Shown: positions 48,784 to 58,302 of the stretch, one piece after another | How the letters are laid out: every line of letters begins with the position of its first letter | Numbering within the stretch: position 1 is the first letter of the stretch | Origin: Candidatus Latescibacterota bacterium | GTDB lineage: Bacteria; Latescibacterota; UBA2968; UBA8231 | DNA: 64,000 bases | NCBI GenBank assembly: GCA_965261395.1 | Contig: OZ253462.1 | Span: 6,208,001-6,272,000 of the forward strand | Direction: 5' to 3' | Position numbers and translations under genes: made by a program | The notes under the pieces: model-generated | The model's database searches: none | What the model was told of the DNA's origin: nothing | Seen by the model: only the letters and a program-made list of their open reading frames with translations

Positions 48784-49716
48784 ATGAAGCGTCTTTTTAC
48801 CTGTGGCCTTACGGCAATTGCCCTATTGGCCTTTGCGCTAGCCGCCGGGGCGCACGAGCCCCCGGGCGAGGTCTTCCTCGCCGTGCAGTTCCCCGATTCA
48901 CATGTGCCGAACATCGACGGATTTGACGACGATTGGTCGGCGGTGCCGCTCGAAGTGTACGCCGTTCCCAGCTCGAGGCTCTTTTCGGTGCATGGCTTTG
49001 CTGGCGACGACGTGTCGCGCGGCGGCATGGATCCGGCCTCGATGCAGATCCGCCACATCTTAGGCTGGAATGACTCGCGCAACGAAATCTATGTGACGAC
49101 GAAGATATTCGATAACAAGCACACGATTACCCGCCAAGACTTAGGCTCCTATTGGTGGGACGATAGCATTGAGATCGAGTTCAATCCGCGGCACGACTAC
49201 TTGCCCAAGCCCGAAGACGTGGTGACGCACCACAAGTACTCGTTCGCGTTCCCGCCGCTCAACGGCAATTTCGGCCCGGCCCTGCAAACGGCTGCGGTCA
49301 GTAGCGCCGACGTCGAAAACCCGACGCTGTTGTCCAATGGCAGCCGTTGGTACTACTGCACCTATAGCTTCGAGGGCGAAGAGTACGGCGAGAGCACGTA
49401 TATCTACGAGTTCCGCACGATTGCCATTGATTCGTATCCCAGGCCCACCGAGGAGAATATCACGGAAGATCAGGTGATTGAGCACGACCTGACCGCGGGC
49501 GAGGTGATCGGCTTTTCGATTTTCGTCAGCGACGTGGACGACAGTGCCGGCGATGCCGACAACCGCGTCGGTATGTGGGCGACGACTCCGACGACCTGTT
49601 GTCACTCTTCGCAGGACCTGCTCATCTCCCCCATGGACGACACCATTGATTGGGGCGAGGCGACTGCGGTTGAAGCGCAGAGCTGGGGTCGGATTAAGCA
49701 CCAGTATCAGCAGTAA
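48784..49716 (+). CDS. Secreted CBM9/DOMON-like protein with C-terminal TAVExxSWGxIK motif
   Basis: AAGGAGG RBS; PNIDG.DDDW, WWDDSIEI, IGFSIFVSDVD; ends TAVEAQSWGRIKHQYQQ. Confidence 0.65.
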   Translation: MKRLFTCGLTAIALLAFALAAGAHEPPGEVFLAVQFPDSHVPNIDGFDDDWSAVPLEVYAVPSSRLFSVHGFAGDDVSRGGMDPASMQIRHILGWNDSRNEIYVTTKIFDNKHTITRQDLGSYWWDDSIEIEFNPRHDYLPKPEDVVTHHKYSFAFPPLNGNFGPALQTAAVSSADVENPTLLSNGSRWYYCTYSFEGEEYGESTYIYEFRTIAIDSYPRPTEENITEDQVIEHDLTAGEVIGFSIFVSDVDDSAGDADNRVGMWATTPTTCCHSSQDLLISPMDDTIDWGEATAVEAQSWGRIKHQYQQ

Positions 49717-49738
49717 TACCCGGTTCCGCACCCCTTGC

Positions 49739-49773
49739 AAAGCCCGCTTGCCCCTATGGCAGGCGGGCTTTTT
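49739..49773. terminator. Intrinsic, probably bidirectional terminator
   Basis: AAAGCCCGCTTGCC-cctat-GGCAGGCGGGCTTTTT between convergent genes. Confidence 0.85.
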
Positions 49774-49778
49774 GCGTC

Positions 49779-50513
49779 TTACAGCCCGAGTAGGCCGCGG
49801 GCATTCTCGCCGAGGATGAGGCGCTTGGCGTCGTCGTCAATGGCCGCGGTGATGATCTTGCCAAGCTGCGGGCGGGGGTCCATCAAGGGAGTATCCGAGC
49901 CAAAGAGAACGCGGTCGGCTCCGGCCTTGGCCACCAGCTCTTCGACGACGCCTGGGGTGCGGAAGGTCGAACAGGTTTCGAGGAAGTAGTTGGGCAAGCG
50001 CTGGGCCGCGGCAATGGCTTGGCCGCGATACGGCTCGATGTTGCCGGAGTGGCCGGCGACGAAGCGGGCGTTGGGGAAGCGCGCAGCCGCGCGGCCAAAC
50101 TGCGCGGGCGCGGCTGTTGGCTCGCCGCCTGTGTGCGCCAAGATTGCGAGGCCGCGCTCAGCGGCAAACTCGTAGATTGGATCCCAAGCCGGGTCATCGA
50201 GCGGAAAGGGCGTATAGGGCGGGTAGATTTTGATCGCCCGGAACCCGAATTCGTCGATGGCCCGTTCCAACTCGGGCTGCACAGTGTCGGGGCAGGTGGG
50301 GCACACATAGGCGAAGCCAATGAAGCGGTCGGGGTGGCGGGCGACAAAAGCCGCTGTCTGGTCGTTGCCGGGTTTGCCGTCGGGATGGAAGATGTTGAAG
50401 ACGCAGCTTTTGTCGATGCCCACCGCATCCATGGCGCGCAGCATCTCGGCCGGGTCATCGACCATGTCGAGGGCATCCCAGCGGCCTACGTGGCCGTGAA
50501 AGTCGATAATCAC
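49779..50513 (-). CDS. Amidohydrolase family protein
   Basis: IDFHGH, LAHTG, AGHSG, VLFGSDTP. Confidence 0.9.
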   Translation of the reverse strand: MIIDFHGHVGRWDALDMVDDPAEMLRAMDAVGIDKSCVFNIFHPDGKPGNDQTAAFVARHPDRFIGFAYVCPTCPDTVQPELERAIDEFGFRAIKIYPPYTPFPLDDPAWDPIYEFAAERGLAILAHTGGEPTAAPAQFGRAAARFPNARFVAGHSGNIEPYRGQAIAAAQRLPNYFLETCSTFRTPGVVEELVAKAGADRVLFGSDTPLMDPRPQLGKIITAAIDDDAKRLILGENARGLLGL

Positions 50514-51289
50514 GCGGCACCTCCGAGAATGCGTTCTAGATTGCCCGCGGTCAAAGCCGCGAGCGCGTCGTCGTCAATGGCTAAGTGGTGCAGGTAAAAG
50601 AGCATTGGCCCCATGGCGTAGCGCGGATAGTAGGAGCCGTAGAGGAAGCGCTCCACGCCAAATTCGCCGATCAGAGCCTCGATACCACCCAGATTCTCAA
50701 AGCGGCTTAGCTCCAGCACCGCTTGGGGCAGTGCCCTGAGCAGGGGGCGCAAGGCGAGGGAATGCATGTAGTGAGCGCCGAGGAGCACTACCTGGACATC
50801 TGGGAAGCGGCGCAAGGTCTCCATAACTTCGGCGACCGGAGTGTCGGCCAGCGAGAGCCACAGGGGGATGCGCTCGGCCGCCAGCCAAGCGAGCAACTCA
50901 CCGTAGATCCAGTCGGCAAAGGGGACGCGGCACGCCTCGGTGTTGTGCAGGCGGACGCTGGAGACCTCGCCCGCGGCGTGAAGCGCTTGCAGTTGCGCCA
51001 ACGAGTCTGCGCCCGGCCCGGCGACCCATTGGGGGACGAGGCCGTCGCCACGCCAAGCGCGCAGGGCTTCGTTGCCCTCAATCGCGCTGATGGTTTCGCC
51101 TTGGAGGTGATAGATCAAGCCGCGCTCCACGCCGTGGCGCTGCATTTCCGCCCGCAAGCCGGCGGCGTCGGCAAACGGCGAGGGCCGGTCGTGGCAGTGG
51201 CCGACGCCGATGTTGGCGTCGAAGACCGGGACGCGGGCGCGGAAGCTCAGGTGCCCGCTGTTTTGCGTCGAGATCGGCTGTGATGCCAT
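50510..51289 (-). CDS. Amidohydrolase-like protein lacking metal ligands
   Basis: FDANIG instead of DxHxH; FLYGSYYP instead of GSD; ends GNLERIL. Confidence 0.7.
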   Translation of the reverse strand: MASQPISTQNSGHLSFRARVPVFDANIGVGHCHDRPSPFADAAGLRAEMQRHGVERGLIYHLQGETISAIEGNEALRAWRGDGLVPQWVAGPGADSLAQLQALHAAGEVSSVRLHNTEACRVPFADWIYGELLAWLAAERIPLWLSLADTPVAEVMETLRRFPDVQVVLLGAHYMHSLALRPLLRALPQAVLELSRFENLGGIEALIGEFGVERFLYGSYYPRYAMGPMLFYLHHLAIDDDALAALTAGNLERILGGAA

Positions 51290-51307
51290 GGCATTTGGCT
51301 CGCAGGG

Positions 51308-52141
51308 CTAGGAGATGTTTTCGCGCTGCTTGACGATGTCTTTGTATTCGTAGTACGGAGCCAATTCGAGCAGGTCAATCGTCTCGGGGTCGAGCCGCTG
51401 GCGAATGGCGTCTGGAAATGGGCGGCGCTGGCCGGTGAGCATGTGCTGGACGTTGTAGCGCAAAATCAGGAAGCGACGGTCGCGGTCGCGGGGTTTCCAG
51501 GTGAGCGCGCCGTGCATGAGGTGCTCGGGCATGATGACGACATCGCCGGCGCGGGCGCAGACATTGTGAACACCCGGGGGCACGGTGTCGGCGACGTAGT
51601 CCGCGTCGCCTTCGGCACCTGGGTAAAACATCCCTTGGGGCCGGTCGAAGTGGGCCTTGTGCGAGCCGGGCAAGATGATGAGGCCGCCGTCGCCGGGAAA
51701 GACATCGCTCAAGTAAAAAAAGAAAATGAAGTCCGTGCAGCGGACCTGGCCGTCTTCGATGTAATAGCGCCGCACATCGGGCCGTTTGGAGGGTTGCCAT
51801 CCGGCGTGCAGGTAGTGGAAGCCGTGGCCGTGGCGGTTATAGCCGAGGGTGCCGCCATTGAGGCGTGGCCGGCGGTCGGTGAGTTCCATGAGGATCGGCC
51901 AAGTCGCCGGATGCCGGGTGAGCACTTCGAGGCTTTGGTCAAAGGCAAAGCCGTGCTGATAGCCGGTGAGGTCGCGGCGCGCGAGGTCCGCGCCGAATTC
52001 AGGCGGCCACTCTGCGGGCGGCATGCTGATGTAGCGGTCGGCCGCTGCCTGGGCGGGCGCGAGCTCCGCTGGGCTAAGCACGTCGCGCAAGTGGAGGTAG
52101 CCGGTCAAATCGAAGAAGTAGCGTTGGTCGGGTGTCATCAT
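51308..52141 (-). CDS. Phytanoyl-CoA dioxygenase (PhyH) family protein
   Basis: FDLTGYLHL, YLSDV..GDGGL..LPGSHK, AGDVVIMPEHLMHG. Confidence 0.85.
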   Translation of the reverse strand: MMTPDQRYFFDLTGYLHLRDVLSPAELAPAQAAADRYISMPPAEWPPEFGADLARRDLTGYQHGFAFDQSLEVLTRHPATWPILMELTDRRPRLNGGTLGYNRHGHGFHYLHAGWQPSKRPDVRRYYIEDGQVRCTDFIFFFYLSDVFPGDGGLIILPGSHKAHFDRPQGMFYPGAEGDADYVADTVPPGVHNVCARAGDVVIMPEHLMHGALTWKPRDRDRRFLILRYNVQHMLTGQRRPFPDAIRQRLDPETIDLLELAPYYEYKDIVKQRENIS

Positions 52142-52204
52142 GGGGGTGGGCCTTTGTTTGGGATGGGTAAGATAGCCGTTGCAAGGGTGCCTTTCAAGCT
52201 CATT

Positions 52205-54199
52205 TCACTGGAACACAATCCCGCCTAGATAATTGTTTTGCATGCCGGTTACATAGTCGATGAGTACCCAAGTCCCGGCCACTACGGCCTCGCCTAAGAC
52301 CAGCCCTAAAAAGAAGGGTTTGAGACGATTGAAGAGCGTCAGCCCTCCGTATTTGAGCACGACGCTTTTGATGATCCAGGCGATGAAGACGCTGAACCAC
52401 ATCTTGCCGAAGACGCAACTGACCGGAAACCCCAGCGAGTGGAAGGGCCACCACAGGAACCGGTACTGGACGGCCATCAACCCGCCCATGATCGCCGCGC
52501 CAGTGCCGATGTGCATCCACGTACTCGGCCGCGGCTCGAACGGATTGAGAATGCTTTTCTCCATGAACCGATAGGGATATTGCGCGACATTATCAAAATA
52601 AAATCGCGACAAATTAATGGCCCCGTACTGGTAGCCTAGATAGAGAGTCAAGGTAACGACGCAGCCCAGCGTCAAGATGATCACCGCGACCGTGGCACCA
52701 AAGAGGCGACGGCGATGGGGCAGGCTGATCTCGGTGACGAGTTTCAGGCCGTTGGCGCAGGCGCTCATCATTAGTATCAAGGTATCCACGCTCCATGCAT
52801 AGCTCAGGGCCATGCCAGCCATGCCCTTAGTGCCCAACAAGGTGCCCCCGACATTGGCGACGACGAAGTCCGGCCCATTCGTCGGCGGAAACATCGCCGC
52901 CACCCCACCTTGCGCGACGACGCGGGCGATGGTCATAAATCCGATAAAGGCACCAAAAAGCAGCAGGGGGACAAAGAGCAGCGGAATACCGGATTGCCAG
53001 AGCCAGACGCCCATCGTCAGGAAGCTGATGATAGCTCCCCACACGGCGACTCGGTAGGACATGATTTCATCCGCGTCGGTTACGTCCGGTGCTCCGAGAA
53101 AAGCCTTGCGCAGCACGTCCCTGATGTGCCCTCTACCCACCCAAAGCGACCCCACCACCAAGACGATCATGCCGCCCATGGCTTGGTGGATGATGATCGG
53201 ATCGGTGTACTGGCTGTACGCGCCCATGGTCTCGTCCCTGCCCCCCCAAGCCAGCATCCTCAACAACCCGCGCTGCACCACATTCACGATGTGAAAAAAG
53301 ACCAAACCCAAGGCTATGTTCTGCGGGACGAAATAGGAGAAGCCCACCATCGACAGGCTTAGATACAGACTCAGCGACACCGCACCGCGGAACACCGACA
53401 AGCCATCGAGCGAGACACTGACGGTAGGAACGACCACAAAGTAGTTGTGCAAGGCGTTGATCGAGGCCAGGACAAAGGGGAGAGAAAAGCCCAGCCACAT
53501 CAACCCACTGCGGAACAGGGGTTTGATGGTCCGTCCGCGGCCGTCGTCGGCGATCATGGCTAAGGGAAGCTGGACCATGGGATAGGCCAAGCGCTCGCGC
53601 TCCACCCACTGCCTCCGCACGATCACCATCAGGCAGACCATAGCCAGAAAGAGGGCTAGGCCGAACACGGCCCAGTAGAGCATGGGGGCCGCCCAGATTG
53701 CCCACGGCACGGCCCCGGTCGGGTCGCCTTCGTAAAAGCCCCAGATGGCGTCGCGGCTTTGGGGCACCGGCCAATCGGGCATGTAGGGCTGGACGATCTC
53801 GGCCCAACCGTTTTCTGGCGTGGCGTAGTAATAGGCCCCGGTGATTACCGGCAGGAGTTGCGCGGGCAGGCCGCGGCTCGACAGGGTGTTGGCCAGCAGA
53901 ATCAGAAAGAAGGCCACGGCCAATTCGCCGCGCTGCAAGGGCAGGCGCGGATGCAGCAGCTTTAAGAGCGGGTTTAAGAGGACGACCAGCACAAAAAAGA
54001 GAAAGATCGCCGCAGGAGTCAGATTCCACACGGCCAGCCCAGAGCCTTTGACGATCATGTCGTTGTAGGTCGAGCCAAGGCCGATACAAACGGCACCGAG
54101 CAGCCCGACGATCAGCGCCTTGGGCGTGCATCCCTTGGTCGTCGGTGGCGAGCGCTTGAGCAAAGTATTCTTCCCGCGAAGAGTAAAGTTCTCCCCCAT
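52205..54199 (-). CDS. Multi-pass membrane protein, DUF6785/DUF6784-like (start uncertain)
   Basis: RRQWVERERLAYP, WWPFHSLGF, LKYGG..FFLGLVLG; paralog of 9992-11950. Confidence 0.75.
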   Translation of the reverse strand: MGENFTLRGKNTLLKRSPPTTKGCTPKALIVGLLGAVCIGLGSTYNDMIVKGSGLAVWNLTPAAIFLFFVLVVLLNPLLKLLHPRLPLQRGELAVAFFLILLANTLSSRGLPAQLLPVITGAYYYATPENGWAEIVQPYMPDWPVPQSRDAIWGFYEGDPTGAVPWAIWAAPMLYWAVFGLALFLAMVCLMVIVRRQWVERERLAYPMVQLPLAMIADDGRGRTIKPLFRSGLMWLGFSLPFVLASINALHNYFVVVPTVSVSLDGLSVFRGAVSLSLYLSLSMVGFSYFVPQNIALGLVFFHIVNVVQRGLLRMLAWGGRDETMGAYSQYTDPIIIHQAMGGMIVLVVGSLWVGRGHIRDVLRKAFLGAPDVTDADEIMSYRVAVWGAIISFLTMGVWLWQSGIPLLFVPLLLFGAFIGFMTIARVVAQGGVAAMFPPTNGPDFVVANVGGTLLGTKGMAGMALSYAWSVDTLILMMSACANGLKLVTEISLPHRRRLFGATVAVIILTLGCVVTLTLYLGYQYGAINLSRFYFDNVAQYPYRFMEKSILNPFEPRPSTWMHIGTGAAIMGGLMAVQYRFLWWPFHSLGFPVSCVFGKMWFSVFIAWIIKSVVLKYGGLTLFNRLKPFFLGLVLGEAVVAGTWVLIDYVTGMQNNYLGGIVFQ

Positions 54200-54280
54200 C
54201 CCTGCCCGCGTTTTGCTTCTCTCTTGACAATGCCCGTAGCCGCGCACGACCTTCCGCATACACAAACAGGAGACCCTATT

Positions 54281-55537
54281 ATGGAAAAAGTACCGCTTTG
54301 CGTCGTCGGTTGCGGCGGCATGGGCCATCGCCACATCATGGCCTACAAAGTGTTGGAAGAGAGCGGCATTGGCAATGTCGAATTGATGGCCGTCTGCGAC
54401 GTGCGCCGGGAGAACGCCGAATTTGCCGCCCGCGAAGTGCAGCGGCTGTTAGGGCGCGAGCCGCTGGTCTTTACGGATATGGACTCAGTGCTCAAGCGCG
54501 ATGATATCCTAGCCGTCGATATAGTTACCGACGTCTCCATGCACCACCAAGTGGCGGTGCCGGCCCTCTTGGCTGGCAAGCATGCGCTGGTGGAAAAGCC
54601 CCTCGGCATTACCATGCGCGCCTGCCAAGCCATGATAGACGCGGCCCGCGTTGGCGGCGCGGTGCTGGCCACAGCCGAAAACTACCGCCGCGACCCGCCC
54701 AACCGCTTGGCGCGGGCCGTCGTTGAGTCCGGCCTGCTCGGGGATCCCTTTTTGATGGTACAGGCATCGGCCGGTGGCAGCGACCGCATAACCATCACGC
54801 CTTGGCGTCACCTCAAGGAGAAGGGAGCCATTGGCTTGGACATGGGCGTCCACTACGGCGACATCATCCAATATTACATGGGAGAGTACGCGCACGTCTT
54901 CGGCGGTGGCTTCATCGTCGAGCCGGTGCGGCGCAAGCCGGAAGGACTCGAGGATCACCCCCTCGAATCCTACCGCGAGCGGGTCAAGACCTACCCCGAT
55001 ACCGTAGAGGCCACGGGCGAGGATTCAGTGGTCGCGCTATACAGGATGCGATCCGGTGCGCTGGCGCAACTCGTGCTGGTGGCGGGTCGCGGCGGTCGGG
55101 GACGGGAGCGCAGCGTCCACGGCCGCTGGGGTGCGCTCTATTCCCCAGGCGACCGCAATGGCCGACCCGTGGTGCTGCGCTTGGAAGGCAAGGAGCTAAA
55201 AGGCCGCGAAATCCTCTCGCTCCTGCCGGATTTTCACCTCGACGAGATCACTGAGCGCCTCTTTGGTGCCGACGGCGTAGAATACGATCCGTCCGCAACA
55301 TCCTTCTACGAAATCGACTCCCGACACTTGGCCATCGAGTACCACGACTTTGCCCAAGCCATACTCACCGGCGGCCAACCCGAAGTGGATGGCCTAGGCG
55401 GGATGCAGGCCGTAGCGGCGATTGTGGGAGCCTATGAGTCGGCGCTCGCCGAGCGTTCGCTGTCTATGGAGGAGATTCTGAGCGGAGCCGTGCGGGCCTA
55501 TCAGCAGGACATCGACGAGGCTCTTGGGCTGGCCTAA
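54281..55537 (+). CDS. Gfo/Idh/MocA family oxidoreductase
   Basis: VVGCGGMG, EKPL, ENYRR, DMGVHYGD; CAGGAG RBS. Confidence 0.9.
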   Translation: MEKVPLCVVGCGGMGHRHIMAYKVLEESGIGNVELMAVCDVRRENAEFAAREVQRLLGREPLVFTDMDSVLKRDDILAVDIVTDVSMHHQVAVPALLAGKHALVEKPLGITMRACQAMIDAARVGGAVLATAENYRRDPPNRLARAVVESGLLGDPFLMVQASAGGSDRITITPWRHLKEKGAIGLDMGVHYGDIIQYYMGEYAHVFGGGFIVEPVRRKPEGLEDHPLESYRERVKTYPDTVEATGEDSVVALYRMRSGALAQLVLVAGRGGRGRERSVHGRWGALYSPGDRNGRPVVLRLEGKELKGREILSLLPDFHLDEITERLFGADGVEYDPSATSFYEIDSRHLAIEYHDFAQAILTGGQPEVDGLGGMQAVAAIVGAYESALAERSLSMEEILSGAVRAYQQDIDEALGLA

Positions 55538-55543
55538 GAAGAT

Positions 55544-55572
55544 CCGCAGATGAACGCAGATGAGCACCGATG
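55544..55572 (+). repeat. Short 10-bp-period tandem repeat (GCAGATGAAC-like)
   Basis: ccgcagatgaacgcagatgagcaccgatg in intergenic gap. Confidence 0.5.
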
Positions 55573-55604
55573 TAGGGTGACGTTGTTCGGGGCGTACACG
55601 GCCT

Positions 55605-56627
55605 CTAAAGGGTCGTTATCATTACCCAAAACGGTTTACTGCCCACGTCGTAATCCGCGATGGGCTGTAGTGCGCCGCTGGTTGCATCGACCCGATAATA
55701 GGTCATGCGGTCGGCGGCTTCCCCGGCGCAGTACAGGTACGTGCCGGTTGGGTCGATGTTGAACGAGCGCGGGCTGGCCGGCACTGGGTAGTGCCCAAAC
55801 GGGCTGAGCGCGCCCTCGGCGTCGATGTGGTAGCCGACGATGCTGTCGTGGCCGCGATTGGATGCGTAACACCACTGGCCATTGGGGTGGACTTCGACGT
55901 GGGCGGTGTTCCCGCCGTCGGCGTAGTCCGCGGGCAGGGTCGAAATGTCTTGGAAGATGGAGAGGGTGCCGCGCTCGGCGTCGAAGCGGTGGGCGGTGAG
56001 TGTGTTGGCCTGCTCGTTGACAATGTACGCGACATCGCCGAGCGGGCGGAAGCAGATGTGCCGGGGGCCAGGCTCGCCCGCCGGCGGAGCCAGCACAGGT
56101 GGGTCGTTGGGCGCGAGTTGGCCGGTGCTGGCGTCGAAGCGGAACTGGCTGGTCTTGTTATTGGGGCAGACGTGGGGCACAAAGACAAAGCGCTCGTCCT
56201 CGGTCAGCAGGACGGCATGTGCCCTGGGGCCGGTGTCGATGCGCTGGACGAGGTCGCCGATGGCTCCGTCGTCGTCTAAGCGGTGTACCGTGATGCCGCC
56301 CCCTTCGTAGTAGGCCGTCAGCAGGAAGCGACCGGCGCGGTCGGTAATCAGGTGCGCGGGGATGTCGATGCCGGTATCCACCTTGTTGATCAGGGTTAAT
56401 TCCCCCGATGCGGTATCGAGGCGGAAGCTGGCGAGGGTCGTGGACAGGACGTGGGCGTCGTAGAGCACGGGGCGCGACGGGTGCAAAAAGAGCGCGCCCG
56501 AAGGGCCGTGCGCTGGGCTAGTGGCGCGCAGCTCCAGCGCGCCCGATTGGGGGTCGAGGTCGTAGAGTTTGATGGCTTCGTCGCCGGTGAGCGAGACGAA
56601 GACGACGGGTCGTTCTTGTGCGGTCAT
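55605..56627 (-). CDS. Lactonase family beta-propeller (6-phosphogluconolactonase-like)
   Basis: GPRAHAV, PGPRHI, YASNRGHDSI, SPRSFNID; AAGGAG RBS before ATG 56627. Confidence 0.9.
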   Translation of the reverse strand: MTAQERPVVFVSLTGDEAIKLYDLDPQSGALELRATSPAHGPSGALFLHPSRPVLYDAHVLSTTLASFRLDTASGELTLINKVDTGIDIPAHLITDRAGRFLLTAYYEGGGITVHRLDDDGAIGDLVQRIDTGPRAHAVLLTEDERFVFVPHVCPNNKTSQFRFDASTGQLAPNDPPVLAPPAGEPGPRHICFRPLGDVAYIVNEQANTLTAHRFDAERGTLSIFQDISTLPADYADGGNTAHVEVHPNGQWCYASNRGHDSIVGYHIDAEGALSPFGHYPVPASPRSFNIDPTGTYLYCAGEAADRMTYYRVDATSGALQPIADYDVGSKPFWVMITTL

Positions 56628-56705
56628 TGAGGTTTGCTCCTTTGAGGTTTTGCGCCGAAACATAGCCTCTTGTTCCGGGTGCGACAAGGGGTATACTACC
56701 TTACC

Positions 56706-57902
56706 ATGACCACCCCCCACCGCCAAACGACGATCATCGTGCTCTTCAGCTCGTTGACGGTCCTCGCCAGCATGGGGATCCGCCAGTCGTTTGGCCTCTT
56801 TCTACAGCCGATTAGCGACAGCTTGGGCTTGGGGCGCGAAGTGTTTAGCCTAGCCATAGCGCTACAAAACGTGGTCTTCGGCCTGCCCCTATTCGGGATG
56901 ATCGCCGACCGCTATGGGGCGCGGTGGGTCGTGCTCGGGGGCGCGCTGCTCTACGCGGCCGGGTGCCTGCTGGTGCCAGCTAGCAGCGGCCCGCTCGGCT
57001 TGTATCTGACGCTGGGACTCATCATCGGACTGGGGCTTGGCAGCACGACGTATGTGGTCGTGCTGGGGGCCGTCGCCCGAGTCGTCCATCCGGCAAATCG
57101 CAGCACGGTGTTTGGCATCGTCACCGCGGCCGGTTCGTTTGGCACCTTCGCCTTAGTACCCGGGGTGCAGTGGGCGATTGTCCACGCAGGTTGGCAGGCG
57201 TCCTTTGTGGTCAGCGCGGCCCTAATTGCCTGGGTGGTGCTTTTGGCTTTTGGCTTTCCGCGCCGGTCCAGCGAACACGCGGCCCGGCCGCACAGCGAGG
57301 GCACGCTGCTGCAAGCGCTGGTCAGGGCGCGGGGCCATTCGGGCTATTGGTTGCTCAACGCGGGGTTCTTCGTCTGCGGTTTCCACGTCGCCTTTATCGC
57401 CACGCACCTGCCTTCGTTCCTCACCGACAACGGCCTGTCGCGCATGACCGGAGCCACGGCTTTGTCGCTGATTGGTCTGTGCAACATCTTCGGTTCGTCT
57501 TTGTTCGGCTGGCTGGGCGACCGCTACCGCAAGAAATATCTGTTGAGTGCGCTCTACTTCAGCCGCGCCGTGGTCATCGGCCTGTTTCTCTTCGTCCCTC
57601 TGACCAGCTTTTCCGCCTTGCTCTTCGGTGGCCTAATCGGCTTCTTGTGGCTGGCCACCGTGCCGTTGACCAGCGGGACCGTGGCGCAGATATTCGGGGC
57701 GCGCTACCTGTCAACGCTCTACGGCATTGTCTTCTTTAGCCATCAGGCCGGCAGTTTCTTGGGCGTCTGGCTGGCTGGCCGGCTCTACGACGCGACTGGG
57801 TCGTACGATCCGGTCTGGTGGCTGGCGATTGCCCTCGGCGTGGCGGCGGCGCTGCTCCACCTGCCGATTGCCGATCGGCCGGTTGAGGACGAGGCCCACT
57901 AA
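56706..57902 (+). CDS. MFS transporter
   Basis: ~12 TM; GMIADRYGAR, GFFVCGFH, GWLGDRYRKK. Confidence 0.9.
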   Translation: MTTPHRQTTIIVLFSSLTVLASMGIRQSFGLFLQPISDSLGLGREVFSLAIALQNVVFGLPLFGMIADRYGARWVVLGGALLYAAGCLLVPASSGPLGLYLTLGLIIGLGLGSTTYVVVLGAVARVVHPANRSTVFGIVTAAGSFGTFALVPGVQWAIVHAGWQASFVVSAALIAWVVLLAFGFPRRSSEHAARPHSEGTLLQALVRARGHSGYWLLNAGFFVCGFHVAFIATHLPSFLTDNGLSRMTGATALSLIGLCNIFGSSLFGWLGDRYRKKYLLSALYFSRAVVIGLFLFVPLTSFSALLFGGLIGFLWLATVPLTSGTVAQIFGARYLSTLYGIVFFSHQAGSFLGVWLAGRLYDATGSYDPVWWLAIALGVAAALLHLPIADRPVEDEAH

Positions 57903-57937
57903 GGTGCGTTGGGCAGCGTCAGTAGAAAATACGGGTC

Positions 57938-57966
57938 GTCGGAGCCGACCTGTGTGCCGCTCCGAC
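57938..57966. repeat. REP-like hairpin
   Basis: GTCGGAGC-cgacctgtgtgcc-GCTCCGAC; related to 59190-59216. Confidence 0.55.
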
Positions 57967-58302
57967 ATGCCAAGCACTCTATCATTTCGTTTTCGGCCCA
58001 TTTTTTGCCGTCAAACTGGGTTGCTTGTAACCTATCAGTAATGGAAACGGTAAAACCACGCTCTTTTGCCTTGCTCTTTTGCCTTAAAGGAGGATGGGCG
58101 ATGGGAGTGGATAGAAAATTTCCAGACCTCCATCACAAATATGCTGTGTCACACCGTTTGAAGAATCCAGGCGACGGAGCGTTAAGCCGCCAGAATGAAG
58201 AAGGTGTATACTATAGACTGGAAGACCGAATTGGCCATTTGGTAGAAGAATTTCGAGAACGATGCGCTCCAACAAAACCCTAACCCTTTTTTAGAGTGTG
58301 CC

